From: Asterionella formosa
Lineage: Eukaryota
Length of the DNA: 61,868 bases
Direction: 5' to 3'
Assembly: GCA_002256025.1 (NCBI GenBank)
Contig: NKIB01013229.1
Location: forward strand, 1 to 61,868
This document shows positions 22,971 through 35,660 of the stretch, piece by piece. How positions within the stretch are numbered: the stretch's first letter is position 1; each line of letters begins with the position of its first letter. The notes below the pieces were generated by a model. The model worked only from the letters and a program-made list of their open reading frames with translations, did not search any database and was not told the DNA's origin. Position numbers and translations under genes: made by a program.

Positions 22971-25587
22971 TACATGTATCAATATCATATTAATACTTAC
23001 AATATTCTCTATCATGTTAGAAATCTGTCTGTTATCAGACTATCATCATTGATTTCGTCTTGGCTGTTTCTGTGTTGCAAACAAAGTGACTGATGATGAT
23101 GATGATGAACAAATAAATGTGTTACTTTTGCTGGTACATCGCCCAATGATGAAACTTACATACATGAACATAAGAGAAACAACATAAATAAAAATTGAAT
23201 TTGCATATAGTCGAAACAATTACTATTTAATTTACGACGATAATTATTGTACTGTTTTGATGATATATTGAAATAATATGATCAGATGATCATCATCATA
23301 GTATGATGCATCATTTGAATATGCCTTCTTCCTTTTTCCATTAGATTAATTTGTATTTTTCAATCTCTCCTCAGTCAGCAGGTTGGTGAAGTAAAGCAAT
23401 TTTTGGTTGCAAAAACATAGGAGGATCAATCATAGTTTCTTTAAGACAAGCTATGGAAATCGAGAAAGGGCGGATTTCATTCACTTTTGTTTCCTGGTCT
23501 TGCATGCATCTGATGTGAAACCATATAACCAACAGTTGTTGAATTGATACATTTGAACCGGAACTTCATACAGTTTTCTTCTTGTGGTTACATTGCTTAT
23601 TTAAAGTATTTCACCATAGCGCCCTGACCATGATTCATGCTTCCTCAGTTCCGAAGTTTTGGATTTTTGCAACTAGCAACATCTGCATGTTGTTTGGTAG
23701 AGGCCATACAGACGATATCAAAAGCAGAGCATGGTCATAGAAGTCTAATGGGACTGTTTCAGGAAGCTAAAGGCAGGACAAGGCGGGAATGTAATGCTTT
23801 CCATGTCTTTTTCAGATGTCTGTTTCAGAAGCACCAGTTCCATGTAAAAAACTGATTTGTTCAATATGTGAGGGAATTTGTTATTCCTGCATGGCAATTT
23901 TTTGTAATGCATACAGAGGCTGAGGATTTCCAATAACAGTAAAAACTGAGCGAAGCAGCCATATCCCTAAAGAATTCAATGCAAACAATACAAACAAGCC
24001 ACAGGGTATCAATCCAAAGGTCTCCCCAATTCATTTCAGCATGCCACAGGGCCACGTATGATTGTTTTGCCATCATACACTGATGTTTCTATATGAAGGC
24101 TTTCATTTGTCATTGACCTCCTTGCAGCAAAATCTAGCATACAAGGATGATGATCATGAAATAAACAAACTCAAATTTGGATCCTTCCTTTTTTCTCTTT
24201 TTGCAGGATCCAACTAATCAGCCACCAGCATTTGTATACTATTGGGCTTGCTTGTGTGACTTATGACCATGTTTGTCTTTGCTGGCTCTGATTGCAGCTC
24301 TCAGATGTGCACTCATATTGGCTATGAAAGCACATATCAAAAATACAGGCTTCATATCACAGGTCATCAATCATTTCCTTAATTTGCATGAAGATTGGTG
24401 TTGATATCCAGCAGAATGGAAATGGAGGTTATTGAAAACATGTGATGACATTTACAAAGCATTTTATATCTGCTGACATCACAGAATAACGTTGGACAGT
24501 TGGGAGCAAAAACCCGATGTCTAGTTAAAATGCAGGAAATTACCGCAAAAGCCATGCCGAGGAATTCATGGGTTATCAACAAATTCATGATGAAAAAAGT
24601 GCCCTAAGGGAACCAACAGACAATTGTGATAAAATGTCTTATGTCATGACTTCTTTTATCAGAAACTTTTTATGTTTATCTGTCCTAAGGAAATGTACCT
24701 GAACCTCATAGATAAAAAATAGGCGCACATATAAAAAAAGGATCTCAAGCGAAAAATCACCTTAAGCAATATCAAATAGATCCAACTTAGCCGAGATAGC
24801 GGAAAAACCGCTCCTATAGAGCGCTACCAGGGTAACCTGGTACAGTTGCAAACTAGCAACCTCGATGAATGATGGTAGACCTGTCGTAGTTCTAGCTTCT
24901 GAGACTATAAACACAACCTACCATGGTAGCTAGAGAGTTTGTTTATTGCACAGTGCTAACTATCTAGTAGTCGACTCTGGACATCTCAGTAAGTAGATTT
25001 GTTTCCGTCTCATGACTATTTTGCGATCAATAGGACACGCCGTACATCAAATGTCATTGGGTGTTACATAGCAGAAACAGGACCCTCATGAAATCTGAAC
25101 TTGATAACTGTGGCGTTATTAACGTTTATGAGGCAGCATTTCATTTTACAAGTTGGCCGCTTTACCAGACTTGATCAGAGAATGTGATGCTGTCTACTCT
25201 AATGACATACCAGTTTAATGGCACTGGCAAGTAGTAGGTTGAGCTGCCATTTACTCAAATAACGGAATGCTTTCGGGACTTCGATAGTTACGTAATATTT
25301 GCCTGTTGGGAAGGAGGTGGTCGAACTGCCCGACGATGAGGGAGGTGACGGGTAATTCCTTCTCTCTTTCTGTGCCCTTCACGACTCACTGCATGTGCAC
25401 TAGAAAGTGAGAAATCGTAGAAATAGTCGAATCTTACACTACATTGTAGCCCACTGACTGCATATTCAACATGAAGTGGCAACCTCGAGAACTCTTCGAA
25501 TCATATATATTATAGTCCCCTCACTGCATACGCAATAGAAATAGTAACTCGTAGAAAAATTCGAAACATATACATAGTAGTAGCCAA

Positions 25588-27264
25588 CTATATAGCACTC
25601 CCTCCCTGTTTTGCCATGTGAGCGTAAAAGGCATGATCTTCCTCCTTGGTCTTACGCTTCTTAATAATATTTTCTTCGTACTTTTGCTTCCGCTTGGTTG
25701 ATTGCTGCAACGATTCAACTTTTTCTTCGTAGGTCGTTCCTTTCGATCTTTGCAAGAGCGGAACATGCAAAGCTAATCGAAGATTCTCTGGGCTTGGAAA
25801 AATTTGCCACGAAGCCAAGCTGGCCATTGCTTTTTTCCACGGGAAAGTCACTTCAGAGGGCAACTCAACCTCTAAGGCTGCTAAGCAATCACTAATCGAC
25901 CGACTGGATTGCTCGTACCGATGCCCTTGCTTCTTAGATCTTTCTCGAACCATCGCCTTCGCGAATTCAAGAAAGTCGTTTCTCAACACCAACACACCCG
26001 AAAGGCTCTCCACACAGTTTCGGACTCGAGCAGCTGACAAAGTAAACTCCTCCCATTGTTGCTCCAATTGACAACAAAGCGACCAGCAGTTCTTTGCATC
26101 ATAACCGACAGTCAGATTTGGAAATCCACAATCATGCAGAACGAGTGATCGTTCAGGGGCCAACTGATAGCTTGGCTTGCCTGGATACTTCTTCACGTCT
26201 AGTAATTCAGTCACAATCGAAGGCTCCTCGTCGCCTCGACCAATCATAAATAGTACGGCTACAATGCAGCGAATTTGATGCCAGAGAAAGGCTTGTCCGA
26301 CAATCTCAAAATAGAAAATGTGATCGCTTGCGCTGGTAATATCCGCGTAGTGAATTTTGCGTTCAAAGTTGTACACCTTTTCTACATCCATCTTACAAAA
26401 ATTCCGGAAATCATGTGTGCCCACCATCATTCGTAGGCCCTCCCTCATCTTCGGTACATTTAGCTGACGTGGATTGAAAAAGTAACGGTATGTTCTTCTG
26501 CTACAGGAAAAGCGAGCATTGAAATCGGGGGAGACTGGGCACCATCCCAGAACACGAATGTTTTCTGGAAGGACATTGTTAAGCATCTTTTCATAGGGTA
26601 GTTCAGCGACTTCCTTGAGTAGTCTGGGTCCGTTGCCCTTTTTTGGCCGGACCCAGACTTCGACTTTATCTGTCGAATTCTTTGGTAAATCTTCGTCGTG
26701 AACCGTTAATTTCCCCTCTTGATCCCATGTAGCATCGAGGGAAACACTCGATTTGAGGTAAATACCAACCACTTGACCAGCAGAGCTCACCCCCTTGTCT
26801 GTTCGTCCGCAACGAGAATATTGAGAAGCATCTCTGGTCACTACAAGGCTCGTCTTTTTGAGAGCCGCAAATAGGGCCTTTTCGACAGACTGATCGCCGT
26901 CATAGCCAACGTTTTCAGCCAGACCAGAGTAATCTGCTCCATCGTAGTAGAAGCGCAATGCCACATGTCGAGTTCGATACGTCTTGATTTTGTCAAACGC
27001 GTTCTTGGTTTCCACTTTACTCTGAGACACTTCTGGCCCTTCTACAGGTAAGCATTGCTTCTCTTTGATTGCCTTATGTGCAGCTTCAACATCCGCTTCC
27101 TTTACTAGCTTCGAAAGTAGCAGATAATTTAAAATATCCAGAGGTGATGGGCCTTCCGTGTGGCTTGGAAATAAACCCACTTTCTTCAAGATTGGATGAA
27201 CTTTGCCGTCTCTAATTGCTTTTGTAGCATGATCGCTACATACTTTCTTGGTAGCGGATGGCAT
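25588..27264 (-). CDS. tRNA pseudouridine(38/39) synthase, TruA family (Pus3/Deg1-like)
   Basis: RHVALRFYYDG, YSRCGRTDKGVSSAGQV, FNARFSC..RTYRYFF, GTHDFRNFCKMD, GQAFLWHQIRCI. Confidence 0.95.
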   Translation of the reverse strand: MPSATKKVCSDHATKAIRDGKVHPILKKVGLFPSHTEGPSPLDILNYLLLSKLVKEADVEAAHKAIKEKQCLPVEGPEVSQSKVETKNAFDKIKTYRTRHVALRFYYDGADYSGLAENVGYDGDQSVEKALFAALKKTSLVVTRDASQYSRCGRTDKGVSSAGQVVGIYLKSSVSLDATWDQEGKLTVHDEDLPKNSTDKVEVWVRPKKGNGPRLLKEVAELPYEKMLNNVLPENIRVLGWCPVSPDFNARFSCSRRTYRYFFNPRQLNVPKMREGLRMMVGTHDFRNFCKMDVEKVYNFERKIHYADITSASDHIFYFEIVGQAFLWHQIRCIVAVLFMIGRGDEEPSIVTELLDVKKYPGKPSYQLAPERSLVLHDCGFPNLTVGYDAKNCWSLCCQLEQQWEEFTLSAARVRNCVESLSGVLVLRNDFLEFAKAMVRERSKKQGHRYEQSSRSISDCLAALEVELPSEVTFPWKKAMASLASWQIFPSPENLRLALHVPLLQRSKGTTYEEKVESLQQSTKRKQKYEENIIKKRKTKEEDHAFYAHMAKQGGSAI

Positions 27265-27925
27265 GCCTCAAATCATTGATCGTTGCTTCTAATGCTGCCA
27301 AACTACAACTACTGGTAATACATTCTACCAAAAGCCAGTATGATGGCCACAAAACCGAATTTTCTCTGATTCTTGTCTTGCCAGCGGCCACAGGACGAAG
27401 GAGAAGGAAGAACGGTTCCACGATATACCGGTACAAATATTTATTATATATATTTATTTATGTACTGCTATACCGGTAGTTAGTACATAGCCGTCCCGGT
27501 AAACGACGGTTGTCGCTATTCTCAATCATTGCCGGGCCTACCTGGGGTATCCCGGAAGCAACTGTGTTCCACTACATACCGGTACCTGGTACCTGGTACC
27601 AGGTACCAGGTAGTACAGTTTTTGCTATATTGTGCATACAGTATGTACTGCCAGGAACTCTGCCTGAAGTTGCTGTACCATACCAGGTACCTGGTACTGC
27701 AAGCTACCTGTATTTGCATTGCAGGTGTCATACAGTAAGTACTCCTTGCTTTGTGACAAAACGGAGGATGAAAACATCACAACCCCGCCCATCGTTTCGC
27801 TGTTGCAATAGGACTCATGTCATAGGATCGGTGACCATCTAGCTAGACCTTTTGACACTCCGTCCATGCCAACGCAAGTAGCGAAGGCCACTACAATATT
27901 GTGTTTTGACACTGTTTAAACGTCA

Positions 27926-30900
27926 ATGTCAGATCAGAGAACAAAACCGTTCAAGGTCGGTTGGAATGCAAATTTAGTCGCTCCCTTCAATAGGGCAGTT
28001 GATACTAATGACGAAAATGGGAATGACGCCATCGGCACTGCAACAGATCCACAACAACGGGAAGAAATGGCAGCGGAATTATCGTTGATCAACCATGCGA
28101 AAGAAGACAATCCTCAGGAAGCGTCTACACCACCAGACGGTCCTTTACCTCTTGTTGTTTCTGCTCCCCTCAACGACAGAATAACCAAATCACCAACAAA
28201 AGTGGGCTGGAAGCAACGGAAGCAAGGGAGAAAAGCGAGGGTGGCTGAATTGGAAGTAGAAATGAGATCCATCGAACGTTTCTTGCCGCTGAGTCAATAC
28301 GAAACCACAATTCGGCGGCGAGCTGTGCGAAAGAGAGGGGAAGCCCTTATTAAGGCAGAATCTCCTCCTCCACGACGGGGTTTGTTTGGAACGTCAATGT
28401 CGGCACATTCTCGAAAAAATTTAGAAGAGGAAGAAGACTTAGATGATGTGTATGATGAGGACTTTGGTGATGTGTCACTCGGAATGAAGCTCAATATGTA
28501 AGTATTTCATACCAGACAATGTCAAGTTGGATGTATGTACGTACTAATTCATTTGTCCATAGTATTGGGGGAAAAGTGATTGTGCAAGGAGTGAACCCAT
28601 TAGCTGATGGCAGGGCTTCCCCTGCGCAGTTAACAGGTGTTATTCAGCGCGGTGATGTTTTGCTGTCTATAGATGAACGCTCATTAGTAAACATGCCAAT
28701 AGACTTGTTATTGGACGGCTTAAAGCCTTTGAGTTCGCCTCAACCGTCAGGAGCCTACAAGCGCGTATTGAATTTAAGGCTTGCTATTGGAGAAGGTTTG
28801 ATTCTGTTAGAAAAAAATGAAAAGCAAGCCTCAAAGAATGCGGGTTCTGAGATGTTTTCTCTGGCGAATTTTATGCCTCCCTCGCTTCCAATGGTGGATC
28901 AATTAAGCGGACAACCACTGTTCGTCGAGGAAACCATTCAGAAATATGATACAAAGCCTCTTGCTACACTTGAGTTGCCACAAGCCGTGACAGGGGTTCC
29001 ATTGGACAATAATGCAATTGAGCAGGATGGTCTTTCCCTCGACGCGCACATGTCACGAAACTTGGCTGATCGACGTCACGATGAGCAGCAAAAGTATATA
29101 AGCGAATTCTTTGCTTGGAATGATGCAAACTCAGAACTGTTGAAGCCCAGAACATCAATTATTGGTCATGTTGAAGATGCTATGGACAAGGGCTATCAAT
29201 CGAAGACTGAAATATTAGAAAAGGGTTTACAGGTAATGAAAGGGGCTAAGGCCGTTTCCTACAGCATGGAAGATATTGACAAAGGAAAAGATTTGCGTTC
29301 GTTCAAGGCGTGGAGCACTACATTAAGTATTCGGTCAAGAGCGAGTACACGTCGAAGATTTGTGTTTGACGTCGCCTCTATGGTTGGGTCTTCAATCGTT
29401 GAAGTCGATTCTGATATAGCAAGCGGAGAATCAAGTGCACATGGGGAGCTCGATGGATTGAATCCAGATGAACTTCTTATTCAATTAGCGGCACATGATG
29501 AGATTTGGCGAAAACAAGTGATTGAAGCGATCAAACAATCAACAAAGGCAATGGAGGACGAGAAGGACGACGATATTACCGACGCGCAGATGCCACCGGA
29601 TTTGGATCTCGGCAGCCTCTTCTTAGGGGAAAAAGTGCAACAGCTTTTCAAGAAAGATAAAAAATCATACGCACTCCCACCAGAAGAAGTTACCACTGTT
29701 CTCTTTGATTTAGTGACGAACCTCGCATCGACTACTCCTGATGAAATTAGTGTCAAGGGAGGTTTCAACATGAATCCACAGACGAGTCTTGTCCCGTTCG
29801 AGAAACAAAAGAAAAATGTCGATCATGACAACTTACTTGCTTTTAAATTTGTTATCGGTGACGTTTTTCCGGCTTGGCTGGAATCGTTTAGGGCACTCCC
29901 TTGGGAAGAGCGACGTGTCCTTTGGCCTCACACTCGAGCATCTGGGATAGAATCTCATGCTGGTACCAGCTTTGCTCTTTCAATAGATGATGGCTTAACC
30001 CTAGACAGCGGGAGTACTGGTCACCCTTCGTCGCCCATACGAAAGCGGAAGAAAGACTTAAGAGAAACAATTGAAGATATGGAGCTGGACACTGAATCTC
30101 GCGGTGAGACGTAAGTTTATTGCCTGCATTCTTGTGTTTTCATAAAAGAAAGTTGCAACTCACTCGGTTTTGGAGTTCAGATGCTTTCTTCTTACATTCT
30201 TTTTCACTCAAGTTATACTTCCAAAGCTGATTGGATCGGCTGATCTGGAATCTGGCGATGACGAGATAAAATCGGCGCTTACTTTTGTAGACAGATTCGG
30301 CTCTTACCTAAAACTTCCAATGTGCCTAGCGTACGCTGCCTATGTCCGCTCTGAAGAAATAATATTGAAGCTCCTTGCTTTGGCAAAACACGACCTTCGC
30401 CACCACGAGGCTATGAAAGAAACCGCGAGAATGAATTCCTTGGTTTTGTACGAGCCGGTAAGAATTCCAATTCCGCAAATTTTGTCACGTGCTCTCCGCA
30501 AAAGCAGTTTCCATAACAATGTTCATTTTTATTGCAGACAATGGTATCTGCTATTATGACACATCTTCAAATAATTGCTAGTGAACATAAAACAGAGGTC
30601 AGAATTCACGTGATCCAGCTCTGCGTATCAAGTTATCCTGATGTTCGGCCTTGGCAAGTGCGGAAAGCGTGTTCAGGAGATAAAGAGACTCAACAAGATC
30701 TTGCGCTAGCCGAATTATACTATCAATATCTGTGCCTTTTGTTACATCCATTTGAAGGGAGCGAATCCGCAAAGCAGGATCGCGAACTTGTTAAGGTCAG
30801 TGTTTTAAGTGTGTTTCGTACATTTTATGTTTGTCGATTCTCATTTTGTCCATCTAGGAATGGTGTGAGCTGTCTGTTGAGCCGATGCGAGAAACTCAGA

Positions 30901-31649
30901 ATTATTCTGGTGTACTGCCAAAATCATTGGCCCGCCTAGAAAATTTCTATCGAATTGCGAAACGAAGTTCCCCAGATCATCGGCTGTATCATCGTGATCT
31001 TGTCATGTTGTTGGATGTTAGCAGGAAATGCAATGAATATGATCTTGTTCTCGATTTAGCAGAAGAAATGTTGGAACAATGTATCTCTGCTGGTAGAGAC
31101 GAGACTATATCAACAATTTTGTACCATCTCCGGATTGTTGGCGAGAAATCTCTTTTCCTGGACAACGGCAACGAGCAAATCATTGCCGATAGGATGATGA
31201 AGATCATTGAACTAGTGGAGAAAATAGCATCGATGCAACAGAGCGGAGTTGTCGTTGCCAAGGAGCTGTACGAATTTCTAAGAAAGTGTTCAATCTCTGT
31301 TGAAAACGTTTCAAAGAAAGAGCGAATAATGATGACCATGTTTTCAAGTCAAACAAACCCTGTCAACGCTTTAGATATTTTCGCCTTTTGGTCCCAGACG
31401 CACAAGTCAGCGGTAGATGTGCTTCCATATTTATTCGAGACGTTAAAACGAGCCACTCAGCTTGGTGTTCACAGCGAGGTTTCAGGTTCACTCATCCGTA
31501 TCAATCATGAGCGAGGCCAATTAGACGAGCAGCGATATCCTCGAGTCATCGTAGCTCCAAAGGACGCTGAAAACGACAATTTTCTAGTTTTGGATGATGC
31601 TGGCATATGGCTGCGAATGTTGAAAGGATCACTAATCATAGAAAAGTAA
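27926..31649 (+). CDS. Large PDZ-domain protein of unknown function; exons 27926-28497, 28563-30110, 30181-30457, 30538-30795, 30858-31649
   Basis: Four GT-AG introns keep the frame. PDZ-like segment SLGMKLNIIGGKVIVQGV...SPAQLTGVIQRGDVLLSID, followed by a helical C-terminal part. Confidence 0.8.
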
Positions 31650-31756
31650 AGATATTTGTGAATAGTACCATAAGATACTGCCAATTTATCTGCCAACTAG
31701 CGACAGACACTACGCAATTTCGCAATTCTAGCCGAACTACTAGGTAAGAGCGCCTT

Positions 31757-32876
31757 TTAGAGGTCAGGAACACCTTCGACACCATTCTTCTTGTACATAT
31801 CATAGACGATCTGGACATCGCGCTTTCCGCCCATGATGATAGGGCACTTATCGTGGATTTGTCCAGGGACCAAGTCGAGAACACGCTGAATCTTGCCGTT
31901 GAAGAAACCAGTTGAGGCAATTCCACCCGCCTGTTCAATGATCATGGCCATTGGAATGCCTTCATACAAAAGTCGCAGCTTGCCCTTAGGAGACTTGTTG
32001 TCAGCAGGATACAGGTAGATACCACCGTACAGAATTGTTCGGTGAATATCGGCAACCATGGATCCAACATAACGGGCAGCATAGGGTTTTTCGCCGGTCT
32101 TGAAGAATTCGACGGCCTGAACAATTGAATCATCCCAGTTCTTGGAGTTTCCTTCGTTGGCGGAATAAATTAATTTTCCTCCATCAGAGGGAAACTCCAT
32201 CTTCTCACGGGTATGGATGAACTCTCCAATAGTTGGATCGAGGCAGAAACCGTGAACGTCCTTGCCTTTGAAAGTGAAGACCATTTCAACAGCAGAACTG
32301 AAGGCAATGTATCCAGCGCAGATACAATCGGCTCCAGAGCGAAGGAGGTCATCAGCACTTCCAGTGCTACCGGGAAGCTTCTCGTAGACACTGAAGATCG
32401 TTCCAACGCTTACATTGCAGTCAATGTTGCTAGAACCGTCAAGAGGATCGAACGCGACACAGAATTTTCCCTGCTTGGACTCCGGGATGTAGATTGGTTC
32501 TTCGTTCTCCTCGGAAACCAAAACACAGCAGACTCCAGAATGGACCAAGGCGTTAATCATAATATCGTTGGACAGCACATCGAGTTTTTTTTGGTCGTCA
32601 CCAGTGCTGTTGACCTCACCAGCCAAACCATAAAGGTGGGAGATCCCCGCACGCTGAACAGCCGATGAAATCAACTTGCACGAAGTAGCGATGGCATTCA
32701 TCAAGATCACAAGCTCGTGATCTCGGGTGTTGGCCATCACGAAACGACCGAGGGTCTTGGCATCCTGTGTGGACAATGAGGAAGGAGTTAATCGCCTGGA
32801 GTACTCCATTCCCCGCTCACAGCGTCTCAGGGTGCTATCGTCAACTTGAACTTACGCAATCAAAGTCAGTGCTCAT
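31757..32876 (-). CDS. FBP: Cytosolic fructose-1,6-bisphosphatase class I; exons 32876-32856 and 32764-31757
   Basis: GDDQKKLDV, SEEN, FDPLDGSSNID, RYVGSMVADIHRT, GKLRLLYE. The spliced N-terminus is MSTDFDC-DAKTLGRF and has no presequence. Confidence 0.95.
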
Positions 32877-33259
32877 GGTTCCTTTTCGATCTGAAACGAT
32901 TGTACGGCAAAGGGGTTGAGTACAAAAGGGTTATGTAGATGTAGGCCTTTCATAGTCGTAACAAGATCAGTTCATCCTTTGACGATGACGCCGCGCCTTG
33001 TCGCAAGAATTGAGAATATTTCATACCACCACCGCCCTCGAACTGCCCGTATGCTAATGACCCTCATACGTATGTATTTGTGGTTCAATGATACCAGGTA
33101 CCTGGTACACAATTTACGTAGCCAAGTGAAGTGGTGCTGCGTGTCCGGCATATGTAGTAAGCACTGGGTAATGGAAAAAGCTGTGCGTCCGTAGCAATTT
33201 TGTTTCATGTGTACCTGGCACCTGGTACCAGGTCCACTCTGTGAATGTTTACTTACCTG

Positions 33260-33346
33260 CAAGTTGCGGTGTTTGTGCTAAACTAAAGATTTAGCTACCT
33301 TTATCCAAGATCGAATTGTTGATTCAAGCAAAATGACCGTGACTTG
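33260..33346. mobile_element. ~90-bp MITE, copy 2, CTG TSD
   Basis: TACCTG|CAAGTTGCGG...GACCGTGACTTG|CTGGTACC. Confidence 0.8.
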
Positions 33347-33492
33347 CTGGTACCAGGGTACCTGGTACTGGGATGGTACTGGTACCGATGGTACAAGCAG
33401 CAGAATGCATCATGCTGTCGTATACCGGTTCCTGGTACTCCGTTCTCCGTAGAAAGCACACGCAATCAAACAAAATTTGGTACCTACAGATT

Positions 33493-33899
33493 TGTCAAGA
33501 ATATTAGCCCGAGTCACAAGGATTGTGGACTCGATTGTGATTCGAACGAGTCGAATATTGCATTGCCACGTCAATCAGCTGTCTAACGAGATCAATGATT
33601 GAAGATTTCTATGGAAATGTTAAGTGGAAACTCGAAGAGAGTCTTAGAACGACTTTGCGGGAAGCAAAGATGCATGGAAAGGAAACATTTAGTTTAGCTT
33701 ATAATTTAATTTGAGTTTTAGATTATCAACCGAGGAAACAGTGTGTTAATTGACAGCAAGGTCAATTAGTTTATCTAGCAGGAAGGCTAGAAGCAGAGGC
33801 AAGAGAGAAAGTAAGTGGTACTAGGTAGTACTACGATCACGTAATAGTCTACGTGAAGAGAGACCCAGCCTGTGGGAAGGTGCACGGACCATTTTAACA
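33493..33899 (+). mobile_element. Solo LTR (family A related) with 6-bp TSD CAGATT
   Basis: Runs TGTCAAGAATAT...TTAACA and is similar to 993-1371. CAGATT occurs at 33487-33492 and 33900-33905. Confidence 0.88.
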
Positions 33900-34020
33900 C
33901 AGATTGCCGTAGTGTAGAGTGCCTGTTGCATACTGTGAAAGTGTTAAATCTCATCATAACTTCGTTGTTTTGAATTGTGAATCATCTAAATTACATGAAG
34001 AAATGAGCCATCAGCTTCTT
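33900..34020 (+). repeat. Dispersed repeat, paralogous to 41026-41170 (interrupted here by the solo LTR)
   Basis: Shared GTGAAAGTGT.AAATCTC...AACTTCGT.GTTTTGAATTGTG.ATCATCTA...ACATGAAG. Confidence 0.8.
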
Positions 34021-34621
34021 CAAAATTTCCATTGTCAATATTAGTGTTATTACAGTTGTTTTTTATGAATGTATTATCTATGTCATATCAGATATACTCC
34101 TGCCGGTCAGCACATGCAGGGCTTGCCAATTAGTATCAACCCGTTTTTCATATGTAGCGTTACAAACGGTATTTCGGTACTCGGAGTACCAGGTAGTGCA
34201 TATTCTTGGTTCATCATGATGGAAGACAGGATGAAACTACTGGTACTGATTTTACCAACCAGTATTCAGTACATTTAATACGTGTGGCTCAAGTGTGGCT
34301 GGCGGGATTTTACAAGACCGGGATACTTCAGCGAATCTAAAGCAGGTGAATAAATTCAATTCAACCAATCAGAATCTGTGTAGTGACGCAGGAGCTTACC
34401 CTGGAGTCTTTTCGGACTGAGAATTATTCAGCAAAACATGCCTATGCAAGACACTAAGTATACAAGGATGTTTTTGCTCGTACAAATTCTGATTCCAATA
34501 TGCTGGCGACTGTTGAAAAAGCCGATCAGGTCGACTTTTTGGAGGAGAATTGCTCTTCATCTACGGGGTTTCATGAAGAATGAAATGGATAGCCCTGTAC
34601 CCTATAACATCAGGATTTACC

Positions 34622-34746
34622 TTCTGCAGAGAAGTGGCAGCAGTTATCCCTTGTAGATTTTGTAAAATGCTTGATGGCCCCCTTTTTTGACTATTTTTTT
34701 GGTTTGGAATGATTCCAAGAGGGATAACTGCCACTTCTCTCCAGAA
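34622..34746. repeat. Inverted repeat / MITE-like foldback
   Basis: TTCTGCAGAGAAGTGGCAG(CAG)TTATCCCT pairs with AGGGATAACTGCCACTTCTCTCCAGAA. Confidence 0.65.
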
Positions 34747-35045
34747 ATGAGGTCCTTACCATATCTGAATATAGATCATACCCCGAAGTTGAGGAATGAC
34801 TGTATCTAAGCATATGCAAAGTGGTCGTATTGGTGAAAGCTAATTTTACCTTTAACTATTTTATTTAGTTCTATGTACTGTCTGGATTGAAGTACATAAT
34901 AAAATTATTTTGGAAAAAAACAGACCTCTTGATGTGTAACTGCAGGGCCGCAACCTTAGACAATTTAATCTGAGATAAATAGAGACAGCTAAAACTTTTG
35001 TTCAGCAAAATAATCGCAATGATTTGCAGGTGTATCTGGTACCTG

Positions 35046-35134
35046 CAAGTTGTAGTCATTTGGCTTCATATAAACAATTTAATATAGGATAAAGATAGCG
35101 AAACCTATAGTTTCAGCACAATTACCGCAGCTTG
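35046..35134. mobile_element. ~90-bp MITE, copy 3, CTG TSD
   Basis: GGTACCTG|CAAGTTGTAGTCATTT...ATTACCGCAGCTTG|CTGGTAC. Confidence 0.78.
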
Positions 35135-35660
35135 CTGGTACGGAGTGCAATATCAGAAGTACAGTCTGCCTCTAGAAATAATCGAGTGCGTGTGGTGACA
35201 GAAAACATGCCACAAAAATATTACTCCCTACCTACTACGGTACCGGTACCAGGTACCAGGTACCAACTGTGTCCAGGCCTCGAGGAGGAATCTCGAACTT
35301 AGAAGCCGAAGCGCAGCCAACACGACTGGGGGCCATCGTCAGCCACGGATTGATGGTTGACAGGATGGAGTCGGACGCAGACAGACGAGCAAATCTTTCC
35401 GAATCCTTTTTCGATCGGTTTTTCGCCTTCGCTTCAACAAGGTCGGAGGCAAGTTGCAGAGTGCAAAAGATACGATCCGGGTGATTGGCCACGTTTGGTT
35501 TATACCCTGTAGAATTTTGTACCACCCATTGGATTGCGATTTAGACAACATCAAGATAGGATCCTACAGGATAAGTGGTACAGTCCTGGATGGTTCGACC
35601 TTCCTCAGAATTGCTTCCTCAACCAAGAGGCTCACAATTTCTCTTCGTCAAAAAGCAAAA

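Noticed and set aside
22630..24710. Possible TIR element enclosing the SINE (AGGTTC...GAACCT ends)
   Set aside because: The inverted match is too short and degenerate, with no TSD or recognisable transposase.
24830..25520. Possible structured ncRNA or snoRNA downstream of Pus3
   Set aside because: Only isolated box-like words and short hairpins are visible, with no convincing family motif. An Infernal/Rfam search would be needed.
35454..35660. 69-aa N-terminal extension of Lhcf in the ORF track
   Set aside because: It starts at GTG. The real signal peptide starts at ATG 35661.
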